Shown here: positions 1-8,401 of the stretch, piece by piece
Layout: the number at the start of each line of letters is the position of its first letter
Position numbering within the stretch: position 1 is the stretch's first letter
From: Spirochaetes bacterium GWE1_32_154
GTDB lineage: Bacteria; Spirochaetota; GWE2-31-10
Reading direction: 5' to 3'
Assembly: GCA_001829315.1 (NCBI GenBank)
Contig: MIAY01000031.1
Coordinates: 18,040 to 82,039 of the forward strand
Length of the DNA: 64,000 bases
The notes under the pieces: generated by a model
What the model was told of the DNA's origin: nothing
The model's database searches: none
Seen by the model: only the letters and a program-made list of their open reading frames with translations
Translations under genes and position numbers: made by a program

Positions 1-27
1 CGATTTTTGGCACTCCAAAATATTGCG

Positions 28-64
28 TAACGCAGTTTCATAGCGTGTGGCGGAAGAAAAAAAA
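28..64 (+). repeat. Degenerate partial copy (hairpin 2 + GGCGG segment) of the dispersed palindromic repeat family
   Basis: TAACGCAGTTTCATAGCGTGTGGCGGAAGAAAAAAAA resembles TAACGCAATTTTATTGCGTAACGGCGGGAGTAAAAAAAA, the reverse complement of part of 58133-58252. Confidence 0.5.
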
Positions 65-131
65 CATCTAATCTGATGCATCAAAAGATTAGCATTTGCA
101 AATAATTAAAGTTTACAAAATAAAGTAAGTG

Positions 132-289
132 GAGCCTCTTGCAAAAATACTCTTTTTATCTCGAATTTTTGCATGAGGCTTCCCTGGTTGCATGCAAGAG
201 CAGCTGTAATCAGCGACCAGGGTATAATCCGATTTTATCGCATATGGCGGACGAAAAAAGAATGTACTCATTATTTTTGCAAGAGCCTC
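132..289 (+). repeat. MITE/REP-like palindromic element, long copy with an extra internal hairpin
   Basis: Ends GAGCCTCTTGCAAAAAT...ATTTTTGCAAGAGCCTC; internal third arm ATTTTTGCATGAGGCT; aligns with 30150-30270, 50002-50142 and 58133-58252. Confidence 0.85.
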
Positions 290-570
290 AGTGATATAAT
301 TTATGTTGCATAAATCAATTTTTTTTTGTATGAATTCATTAATTTGAATGAAAATAAGCTATGACAAGTAGTTATTGCAGGCACCTTAAATTACGATATG
401 GGAGAAGATTATAATGACTCCACTTTTTCTAATGATTTTCTATAACCCATTTTACATGAATCTTTTTTACGTACCTAATCTGTAGCTAAAGAAAATAAAA
501 GGATTAAAAAATAACTGAGAACAACAAAATAAGCGTGCATGTGCTCAATATTTGATTATTAGAAACTGAC

Positions 571-875
571 ATATGGAGAAAAGTTGTCGTTAAATCAGAT
601 ATTACTCTACCTCAGCTACATCGGTAAATCAGAGTGTTATGGGCAGGACTAATAGCCATTTACATCAGTTTATTTTTGATGACGATTATTCTGAATCAAA
701 AGATTATACCAAGGTTAAACTTCGTAAAATAGCAAATTAAGAAGAATATAAGTTTATGTATGAATATGAAGAATTATTTGAATGGCTTGGTAATTATAAC
801 CCTGATTATTTCAATATATCGGAAGTTAATAAACTACTGCAAAAAAGAAACTATGGATGCATTACTCTAAATTAA
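571..875 (+). pseudogene. Plasmid pRiA4b ORF-3 family pseudogene
   Basis: Hand translation IWRKVVVKSDITLPQLH / frameshift / QSVMGRTNSHLHQF...KFMYEY|EELFEWLGNYNPDYFNISEVN matches family motifs. It has an in-frame stop and a frameshift, and the central YDFGDxW block is missing. Confidence 0.75.
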
Positions 876-889
876 AATAAGGAAAAAGT

Positions 890-1912
890 ATGAAATTAAC
901 TGGAAATTTTTTTTCTCTTGCACTGCTATTAGTATTTTTATCATGTAGCGAGCCGAAAGTAGACCGCAAGACCGTATCAATAGTAAAAATTAATTGGATA
1001 ATCCAAAATATTGATACAAGCTACTGGATCGAATATAATGAAAATGCCTCCACACTCATTTATCTGACAGGCATGAAACTGTCCGGTGATCCAATAAAAG
1101 CCGGTGAAATTGAACATATTAAACTTGTGGATACTGAATTTAACTATTATTGGAAATTTGAGGTTGAAAAATATTTTGATGAGGAAAGACAGATAATCAG
1201 AAATAAAAGATTTTCTTATAAAGAAAACGTTTTCCCGACAAATTTACGATATGAAATAAAATTAAAAAGTGGATATATAGCCTCTTATGACTTTATTGTT
1301 CCTGCTCCGGGTAGCAAAGAAAATAATGGGAATAAGTTTTTATATAATGAAGAGGGATATGGAATTAATTCTTATTACGTCCAGACACTTAAGAGACCGG
1401 AAATTAAAAAGTTTCAAATTAATAAAGATACAAAGCAGTATCTCATTGAATTTACAATTGATGATGCTATGGCATTTAGCGGTATGATAGATTTTATAAA
1501 TAAAGACGGAAATATTGTCGCATACTATAAAAATTATTTTAGAGCTTTTTCTACGAGTACAATTGATTCTGTAATTAATAAAGGAAATTACTTATATAAT
1601 GACAACACACCTAATACAATTATACTCAGTGATAATGATATATCTTTTTATGATGGTTATTCTTTTGATTCAATTCATTTTGTTATCGTTCACGTTACTG
1701 ACGGCTATCAATATGAAAACGAGCCCGGAACTTTTGACTGTCAATCGATATCAAAAAAAACCATTGCAGAAGAAGTAGAAGAATCTGATCTAAATGAAAA
1801 TGAGTCAGTATCTATACTCCCACCCGTCCCTAATCAAAACAAAGCATTACTTTACTCAGGCGCCGATAACTCTTCTAATAAATCGGGCAATGCTAATAAC
1901 ACCGGTAAATAA
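890..1912 (+). CDS. Hypothetical lipoprotein
   Basis: 340 aa ORF, AAGGA RBS, signal peptide ending in FLSC lipobox; no family recognised. Confidence 0.75.
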   Translation: MKLTGNFFSLALLLVFLSCSEPKVDRKTVSIVKINWIIQNIDTSYWIEYNENASTLIYLTGMKLSGDPIKAGEIEHIKLVDTEFNYYWKFEVEKYFDEERQIIRNKRFSYKENVFPTNLRYEIKLKSGYIASYDFIVPAPGSKENNGNKFLYNEEGYGINSYYVQTLKRPEIKKFQINKDTKQYLIEFTIDDAMAFSGMIDFINKDGNIVAYYKNYFRAFSTSTIDSVINKGNYLYNDNTPNTIILSDNDISFYDGYSFDSIHFVIVHVTDGYQYENEPGTFDCQSISKKTIAEEVEESDLNENESVSILPPVPNQNKALLYSGADNSSNKSGNANNTGK

Positions 1913-1921
1913 AAAATTCAT

Positions 1922-1947
1922 ACCCGGCATTCATATAGATGCCGGGT
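1922..1947. terminator. Hairpin between convergent genes, probable terminator
   Basis: ACCCGGCAT-N8-ATGCCGGGT 9-bp stem. Confidence 0.6.
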
Positions 1948-1961
1948 TAATGCAGAATATT

Positions 1962-2426
1962 TTATGCATTATCACTTTCAAAATTTTTATAGGTATTATG
2001 TTTATGCTTTCTGTCTTTTATAAGAAGTGTCGTTGTTAATGCTTTACTTTTACTATTGAAAATAATATCATGCCCAATACATAAGCCCATTGAAATATTA
2101 AGTTCTGTTTTATTCTCAGAAAGAAAATCTGCCTGTCCCGCAGGGTTACAGGAAATACCATTCGCCTCTCTTCCCAGCATCTGCGTTGCCGGAATAGCCC
2201 CTATTTTACATCCCACAGAAACGACTTCAAAATCATTTGATAAATTATCAATAAGCATTTGTGTTTCTTTGGTAAACATAACACAATGAGCTATACCAAT
2301 TTTTTTTATACCCATCGAATGAACAAATTTCTTAATTTCCTCAACCCTGCTGCCACCCGTAACTCTTCCATTATCAGCAGCATTCATAATTTTTCTATCT
2401 TCATCATTGTATAATATTTGGCTCAT
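1962..2426 (-). CDS. DUF1847 family metal-binding protein
   Basis: SRVEEI, KIGIAHC, CKIG, CNPAGQA, GLCIGHD and KDR...HN motifs. Confidence 0.85.
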   Translation of the reverse strand: MSQILYNDEDRKIMNAADNGRVTGGSRVEEIKKFVHSMGIKKIGIAHCVMFTKETQMLIDNLSNDFEVVSVGCKIGAIPATQMLGREANGISCNPAGQADFLSENKTELNISMGLCIGHDIIFNSKSKALTTTLLIKDRKHKHNTYKNFESDNA

Positions 2427-2479
2427 AAAAACCTTCCTTTGATTGCATTACAATATTAGAATATACCATAGCGATTTAA

Positions 2480-3247
2480 TTAAATCAATTTTTTTATGAG
2501 ATTTTCATGAGGTTTTTCATATTTTCCCTCTGTTCTTAATGATCCGACAGATATGGCACTTACGGGACATCTATTGTAGCACACCCAACATCCGTTACAT
2601 TTTTTTTCATTAAAAACCGGAAATGGTGCTAACGAAATTGCATCGTAAGGGCATAATGTTTTACATAAACCGCATTGTGTACAAATACCAGGATCAGCAA
2701 CTTTCTTTTTGATAAACATTTTTGCCATTGTTCTTGGAAAAACCGGCATTAAATAACCGTCAAAAGGAAATGAAACCTTACTGCTGGAATTAAAAAACCA
2801 TTCATCCAGTTCATTAATAAAAGTATCAAATTTTTTTAGTTCAACCGTTGATGGAGCAGTATCATTTTTAAGACCGTTGTTTATAAGTGGCGGAAAATTC
2901 TCCGGTGTATTAAGTGAATGACCTCCAATAACCTTAAATCCCTGTTTTCTGACACAGCTTTTTAAGACGGGTAACGTTCTTCCGCTCATATTACCATAGG
3001 TATTAAAAACAAACGCATGTTTTTTGTGTCCTTTCATTTTTTTCAGACAGTTTTTTAGAAATAGCGGAGGACCAAAAAAATCAGTCCATGCAGCAATACC
3101 GATAATATCATATCCGACAGTATCCGGTGTTCCGTCTTTCATAAAATCATGAAAGCTCCACTCACAATTTTTAGTTTTTTTTGCAATATATTGTACTGCA
3201 AGTTTTGTGTTGCCTGTTCCTGAATAATAGCATAATAATCCTTTCAT
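2480..3247 (-). CDS. EFR1-family flavodoxin/4Fe-4S ferredoxin
   Basis: N-terminal YSGTGNT flavodoxin loop; two CxxCxxCxxxCP motifs at the C-terminus. Confidence 0.85.
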   Translation of the reverse strand: MKGLLCYYSGTGNTKLAVQYIAKKTKNCEWSFHDFMKDGTPDTVGYDIIGIAAWTDFFGPPLFLKNCLKKMKGHKKHAFVFNTYGNMSGRTLPVLKSCVRKQGFKVIGGHSLNTPENFPPLINNGLKNDTAPSTVELKKFDTFINELDEWFFNSSSKVSFPFDGYLMPVFPRTMAKMFIKKKVADPGICTQCGLCKTLCPYDAISLAPFPVFNEKKCNGCWVCYNRCPVSAISVGSLRTEGKYEKPHENLIKKLI

Positions 3248-3264
3248 AGTGATAACTCCTTATA

Positions 3265-3281
3265 AATGAACAATGTTCATT
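3265..3281. promoter_or_regulatory. Putative TetR operator 1
   Basis: Palindrome AATGAACA-A-TGTTCATT just upstream of the EFR1 RBS. Confidence 0.75.
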
Positions 3282-3318
3282 ATTTAAATAAAAAAAATTG
3301 ATGCAGATGAAAATTGTA

Positions 3319-3960
3319 TTATGATTCTCTCCCGATAGCATTTAGTATCTGCAAATATAATGGAGAGTTCTGTTCTATAAGTGCATTAAAGCCACCATGA
3401 GAATATATTGTTAACTCAGCAAGATACTGTTTAATTTTTGCATCGTCATGTTCGTGAAGTGCAAGATTTTCAAGAAAATTAAGATAAAACAATGTGAAAT
3501 TATGCATAAAAAAATACGAAACCTCGTGACCGGATAATGCTAATTTGGCACATTGGCTGTTTTCTGCATAGCTTCGCGCAGTTGAGTCTTTAAAATTTTC
3601 ATAGTGCGAACCTGATGATTTTGAAAATAAAAGAATCAATTCATCTCTATGAATATTAATAAATCTGTAAATCATATTAATAAATTCAATATGCCACTGC
3701 ACATACACCGGAGAATCAAACTGATGAAAATCTGTCCCTGCTGATTTAACCAGAATCTCATTTATATATGAGACAGCAGGAGAAACAACGGCTGTAAATA
3801 AATCGTTTTTATTTTTGAAGTAATTATATATGTTACTGACTGTAACCGATGACTTTGCAGCAATCGTTCTAAGCGAAGTTTGATTAAATCCATATTCAAG
3901 AAAATCATGTTTAGAGTTTTTGAGTATTTCATCTCTTATGTCATCTTTCAGTATCTGCAT
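3319..3960 (-). CDS. TetR/AcrR family transcriptional regulator
   Basis: F..YGF.QTSLR.IA......SNIYNYFKNK..LF helix-turn-helix. Confidence 0.92.
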   Translation of the reverse strand: MQILKDDIRDEILKNSKHDFLEYGFNQTSLRTIAAKSSVTVSNIYNYFKNKNDLFTAVVSPAVSYINEILVKSAGTDFHQFDSPVYVQWHIEFINMIYRFINIHRDELILLFSKSSGSHYENFKDSTARSYAENSQCAKLALSGHEVSYFFMHNFTLFYLNFLENLALHEHDDAKIKQYLAELTIYSHGGFNALIEQNSPLYLQILNAIGRES

Positions 3961-3973
3961 TTATTACCTCATT

Positions 3974-3990
3974 AATGAACAGTGTTCTTT
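3974..3990. promoter_or_regulatory. Putative TetR operator 2 (autoregulation)
   Basis: AATGAACA-G-TGTTCTTT, nearly identical to 3265-3281; lies between the tetR RBS and a TTGACA (4016-4021) / TGaTATTCT promoter. Confidence 0.72.
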
Positions 3991-4038
3991 AATAGAATAT
4001 CATATTAATATTGAATGTCAATATTAATAGTGAAAAAT

Positions 4039-5160
4039 TCACAAGTTAAGCTCTAAAAAATACTTGTAAGCATCACGGACTTCGATTCCTTTTGTTAGGT
4101 GCTCGTTTCTTATATACCTGACAAGCTGAGCAGCAGGGAAGTCATAACGCTCTTTAAAATACAAAAGTGAGGGTGAAATATCAGTGTCTCTGTTTTTAAC
4201 CTCAATCATTACGTTAACTGCCCCATTATCAGTAATACAAAAATCAACCTCTCTTCCATCCTTTGTCCTGATATATCTTAATTCCATACTTCGCCCCATA
4301 ACATCATTATTATAATAACAATGTTTCAATAGTGAAACGGCAGTGAAATTTTCAAGTTTTGCTCCATCATCGCCGGACACAAGTCCGTTATCATAGAAAT
4401 ATACCTTTGGCTCTTTTAGTAAAGATCGAGCGATATTGTCAGAAAATGGAGTAACCCGAAATACTATATATAATGCTTCAAATATCTCAATATACTTCCT
4501 GACAGTATTAGGTGCAATTTGAAGATCCTGCGCGAGATTATTAAATGACAAAGGACTTCCTACACGATTACGGAGCATATCGAGTAAAAGTCTCATAGAT
4601 TTGATATTATGAATAGTTTCAAAATCAAGCACATCAGTTTGTATTATACCGTCAATGTATAATTGACGCCAACGATCAGCATCTATAGTGCTTTCAGAAA
4701 GAAAAGGCTCCGGGTAACCGCCCCGTTCAAGAAAATGATCTAACGTATAATGTATGTTATTATCAGCTATTTCCCGGACTGAAAAAGGCAGAAGTCTATG
4801 AAGAAAATATCTGCCAAGTAGTGAATCCCCTTCTGAACGATGTGCATCAAGTCTGGAACTTCCGGTTACGAGTATCATAAGATCTTCATTTCTGGTATCA
4901 AAAACACCTTTCAGGTAGTTTTTCCAGTCTTTTTTCTTATGTAATTCATCAAATATAATAAGTTTTGTATCAGGAAGCCAGGATTGCTCATCAATTATCT
5001 TTCTGTCAGCATAACTGTCATAATTAAGATATAAAGACTTGCCAAACTGAGCGGCTATATCACGAGCTAAATACGTTTTACCGACCTGACGCGGTCCGGT
5101 TATAAATACTATTTTCTTTGTGAGATCATTTATAATCTGCAATGATTGTGTTCTATTCAT
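4039..5160 (-). CDS. AAA_14 ATPase with DUF4143 domain
   Basis: GPRQVGKT Walker A, IFDELHK Walker B, TGSS, GGYPE, KVYFYDNG, REVDF..EVK. ATG at 5160 preferred over the GTG at 5175. Confidence 0.9.
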   Translation of the reverse strand: MNRTQSLQIINDLTKKIVFITGPRQVGKTYLARDIAAQFGKSLYLNYDSYADRKIIDEQSWLPDTKLIIFDELHKKKDWKNYLKGVFDTRNEDLMILVTGSSRLDAHRSEGDSLLGRYFLHRLLPFSVREIADNNIHYTLDHFLERGGYPEPFLSESTIDADRWRQLYIDGIIQTDVLDFETIHNIKSMRLLLDMLRNRVGSPLSFNNLAQDLQIAPNTVRKYIEIFEALYIVFRVTPFSDNIARSLLKEPKVYFYDNGLVSGDDGAKLENFTAVSLLKHCYYNNDVMGRSMELRYIRTKDGREVDFCITDNGAVNVMIEVKNRDTDISPSLLYFKERYDFPAAQLVRYIRNEHLTKGIEVRDAYKYFLELNL

Positions 5161-5162
5161 CA

Positions 5163-5206
5163 GACTATTTTGCACTATATTGCAAAATAGTCAAGACTAT
5201 TTTGCA
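5163..5206. promoter_or_regulatory. Triple 12-bp operator overlapping the DUF4143 gene promoter
   Basis: GACTATTTTGCA (5163-5174), its reverse complement (5181-5192) and again direct (5195-5206); the minus strand contains TTGACT-N16-CAAAAT-N6-ATG. Confidence 0.7.
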
Positions 5207-5223
5207 ATACGCTGAAAATAAAC

Positions 5224-7041
5224 CTAATCCACCTTGAACCTGCCAACCTCATTTACCAATCCATCAATAGAGACTTTATTATCTATTACCAGATCATTAA
5301 CTTTATTTACTGCCACAGTCACCTGCTCTGTTCCGACTACCATTTCATTAATGCCGTTCGTAATTTCATAGGTTATTGTATTGAGTACTTCAGTTTCATG
5401 TATAACTTGCGAACTACCTGACATTATTTCATCAGAACCGGATTTAACTTTTTGTGTTATATCATTTAACTCACTTATTGCTTTAAGAATTTCTTTACTG
5501 CCTGCACTTTGTTCTTCCATTGCAGACCTTATTATATTCTCCTGCTCATTTACCGTTTTTACTTCACTTTCTATTATCACAAATGTATCTGTAACACACG
5601 TTATTGATTGTGTTATACTGTCAATGGCTAATTTTATGCGTTTTAAAACATCGGCAACTATCTTTGCCTGCTGTCCGGATGATTCTGCAAGTTTTCTTAC
5701 TTCATCTGCTACGACAGCAAAACCCTTACCTGATTCTCCTGCATGGGCTGCTTCTATTGAAGCGTTCATCGAAAGTAAATTTGTCTGACTTGCGATATTC
5801 TGGATTACACTACTGATTTCAAGAAGATTTTGTGACTCCTTTACAACTTCTTTTATATCCGCAGCTACCTTATTAAGATCAACCCGCCCTGACTCGGAAG
5901 ACTGACTTAATCTTTTAATATTTTCAGTGTTTTTATATAATGTTTGTGTAACGCTTGATATACTCGCCATCATTTCTTCAATTGCAGAAGATGACTCTGT
6001 TACATTAGCCGACTGATTATCAATAAGCCGATTTAACTTTTCTATTCCTTTTGTAATATTTTCCATCGTTGTGATTGTCTTTGTTACACTAACATTTTGA
6101 TTCCCGGCCTGACTTCTTATACTCTGAATATTTGCACTAATTTCGTTAACTGCCGTAGCTGTTTCTGTCATATTTGTTGAAAGAATTATACCTGTATCAC
6201 CAAGTAATACCGATTGATTCTTTACGGCAATTATCAAAGATTTAATTTTATTAAACGTCAGATTAAAGTATTTTGCCATATCACCAATTTCATCATGGGA
6301 TTTTACTTCAATTCTCAACGTAAGATCGCCCTCTCCTTCTGAAATATTTTTCAACGATTCAATCATTATGCCAAGTGGTCTGTTCAAAATAATATTATTT
6401 ATAAATCCTGATAATACCATCGAGATAATTATTAAGAATACAATTATAATTACTGCACTAAAAAAAGTTGTTTTTCGATATGTATTTACAATCAACAAAG
6501 ATTCTGTCTTGCTGATACCTATAAATGCTATTCCAATTATTTGTCTATTCGCATCAAAGATCGGATTATATGAAGTATAATATGGTTTTCCAAGAATATT
6601 TGCTTCTCCAATATATAATTTACCATTAATGACAGAACTATATGCAGCGCTGTCTTTACCTAATTTCGTACCAATAGCTCTTTTACCTTCACTATTAATA
6701 ATATTTGTGGTCACCCGAATGAAATCATCATTTTCAATTTTAAATATCGTAGCATATACATTTAAATCTTTTTTTATAGTATCTACCATTTCAAAATTAT
6801 TATGAATTGAAACACCTGTGTTATCTTTTAATTCGTTATTATCCAGTATAATATTTCCATAATATTTTTCTATGTATAAATTAACTGAATTGATATCTCC
6901 GCTTAATTTACCAATCAAATTCTTTCTCATTAAAGAATTTGAAAGATTATTAATTTGACAATAGATAAAGCACAAAATAGAAAACGATATAATAATGACA
7001 ACGATTAGTGTTTGCAATAGCATCTTTTGATTGATTTTCAT
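5224..7041 (-). CDS. Methyl-accepting chemotaxis protein (Cache_3/Cache_2-type sensor, HAMP)
   Basis: Two TM segments; ATIF..FIRVTTNI..GKRAIGT..GKPYYTSY sensor motif; QTNLLSMNASIEAAHAGESGKGFAVVADEVRKLAE hairpin tip. Confidence 0.92.
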   Translation of the reverse strand: MKINQKMLLQTLIVVIIISFSILCFIYCQINNLSNSLMRKNLIGKLSGDINSVNLYIEKYYGNIILDNNELKDNTGVSIHNNFEMVDTIKKDLNVYATIFKIENDDFIRVTTNIINSEGKRAIGTKLGKDSAAYSSVINGKLYIGEANILGKPYYTSYNPIFDANRQIIGIAFIGISKTESLLIVNTYRKTTFFSAVIIIVFLIIISMVLSGFINNIILNRPLGIMIESLKNISEGEGDLTLRIEVKSHDEIGDMAKYFNLTFNKIKSLIIAVKNQSVLLGDTGIILSTNMTETATAVNEISANIQSIRSQAGNQNVSVTKTITTMENITKGIEKLNRLIDNQSANVTESSSAIEEMMASISSVTQTLYKNTENIKRLSQSSESGRVDLNKVAADIKEVVKESQNLLEISSVIQNIASQTNLLSMNASIEAAHAGESGKGFAVVADEVRKLAESSGQQAKIVADVLKRIKLAIDSITQSITCVTDTFVIIESEVKTVNEQENIIRSAMEEQSAGSKEILKAISELNDITQKVKSGSDEIMSGSSQVIHETEVLNTITYEITNGINEMVVGTEQVTVAVNKVNDLVIDNKVSIDGLVNEVGRFKVD

Positions 7042-7079
7042 GTGTAACCCCTTAGTAAATACAATTTAAATAACCCCAA

Positions 7080-8300
7080 CTATTCAATATCCCGGTCTCT
7101 AAAACCCAACAGATATAATATCCCGTCCAATCCGACTGTTGATATTGAATGTTTAGCATTTTTCTTTACAATAGGCTTTGCATGGTAGGCGATGCCGAGT
7201 CCTGCAATATTAATCATTGGTAAATCATTTGCACCGTCACCGACTGCGATAACCTGAGCAAGACTTATATTCGATTCATCTGCAATTTGCCGTAATAAAA
7301 GAGCTTTTCGTTCACCATCAACAATTTCTCCGCAATGCTTTCCGGTTAATTTTTCGTCTTTTATTTCAAGTTCATTAGCATATACATAATCAATACCCAG
7401 AATTTTTTGTAAATGCTCACCAAAATAGGTAAACCCGCCTGACAATACTGCAATTTTATAACCGAATTTTTTCAAATTAGAAATTAATGTATGGGCACCT
7501 TCAGTAATAGGTAAATTATCGGCAATTTTTTTCATAACCGATATGTCAAGCCCTTCAAGAAGAGCAACTCTCTGTTTAAAACTTTCTTTAAAGTCAATCT
7601 CACCACGCATCGCGGCTTCTGTAATCTCATGAACTTTCTCACCAACCCCATGTGCTTTTGCAAGTTCAACAATAACCTCAGTCTGAATTAATGTTGAATC
7701 CATATCAAAACATACAAGACGTCTGTTTCTTCTATACACATCATCTTTCTGAAATGCAATATCAACTCCGTCAGTTTGAGAAATATCCATAAATGATGCT
7801 TGAATACTCTCAATACTTTCAGGATTACCCCGCACTGTTAATTCAACACATGCCTTGTGTAAATTATTATCTTCATGTAATGAAATACGGCCTGATAATC
7901 TGTTGACAGAATCTATATTTAACCCCTGATTATAAATAACTTCACTGACTTTTGATATTTGTTTTGCCGTTAATTTACGACTTACAAGGGACACAATATA
8001 TCGCCCTTTCCCCTGTGATTGAACCCAGTTATCATAACTTTCACTTGAAACAGGAACAAAACTTATTTTAACACCAAGTTCGTAGGCTTTAAATAATAAA
8101 TCTTTTAAAAGCGGTGAACTCTCAGACTCGCCCGGTATCTCAACAAGTATACCAAGAGACAATGTGTTGTGAATAACAGCCTGTCCGATATCCAATATAT
8201 TTGCATTGTTATCTGCAAGTATTGAGGTAACCGATGAAGTAACACCCGGTTTATCTTCACCCGATATTTTTAAAAGAATAATTTCACTATTGTGTTTCAT
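7080..8300 (-). CDS. serB: Phosphoserine phosphatase with ACT domains
   Basis: Two ACT domains; HAD motifs FDMDSTLI, SGGF and GDGAND. Confidence 0.95.
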   Translation of the reverse strand: MKHNSEIILLKISGEDKPGVTSSVTSILADNNANILDIGQAVIHNTLSLGILVEIPGESESSPLLKDLLFKAYELGVKISFVPVSSESYDNWVQSQGKGRYIVSLVSRKLTAKQISKVSEVIYNQGLNIDSVNRLSGRISLHEDNNLHKACVELTVRGNPESIESIQASFMDISQTDGVDIAFQKDDVYRRNRRLVCFDMDSTLIQTEVIVELAKAHGVGEKVHEITEAAMRGEIDFKESFKQRVALLEGLDISVMKKIADNLPITEGAHTLISNLKKFGYKIAVLSGGFTYFGEHLQKILGIDYVYANELEIKDEKLTGKHCGEIVDGERKALLLRQIADESNISLAQVIAVGDGANDLPMINIAGLGIAYHAKPIVKKNAKHSISTVGLDGILYLLGFRDRDIE

Positions 8301-8401
8301 AAATATCCCGATTATAAAAGTATAATTTATTTGAAATACATTAGCAAATTATTTGAATAATTCAAATAAATATTTTAAACTATACTCTAATGGGAGATAT
8401 T

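Noticed and set aside
5163-5206. DUF4143 upstream boxes as copies of the dispersed repeat family
   Set aside because: They share only TTTTGCA; the flanks (GACTA versus GAGCCTC) and geometry differ
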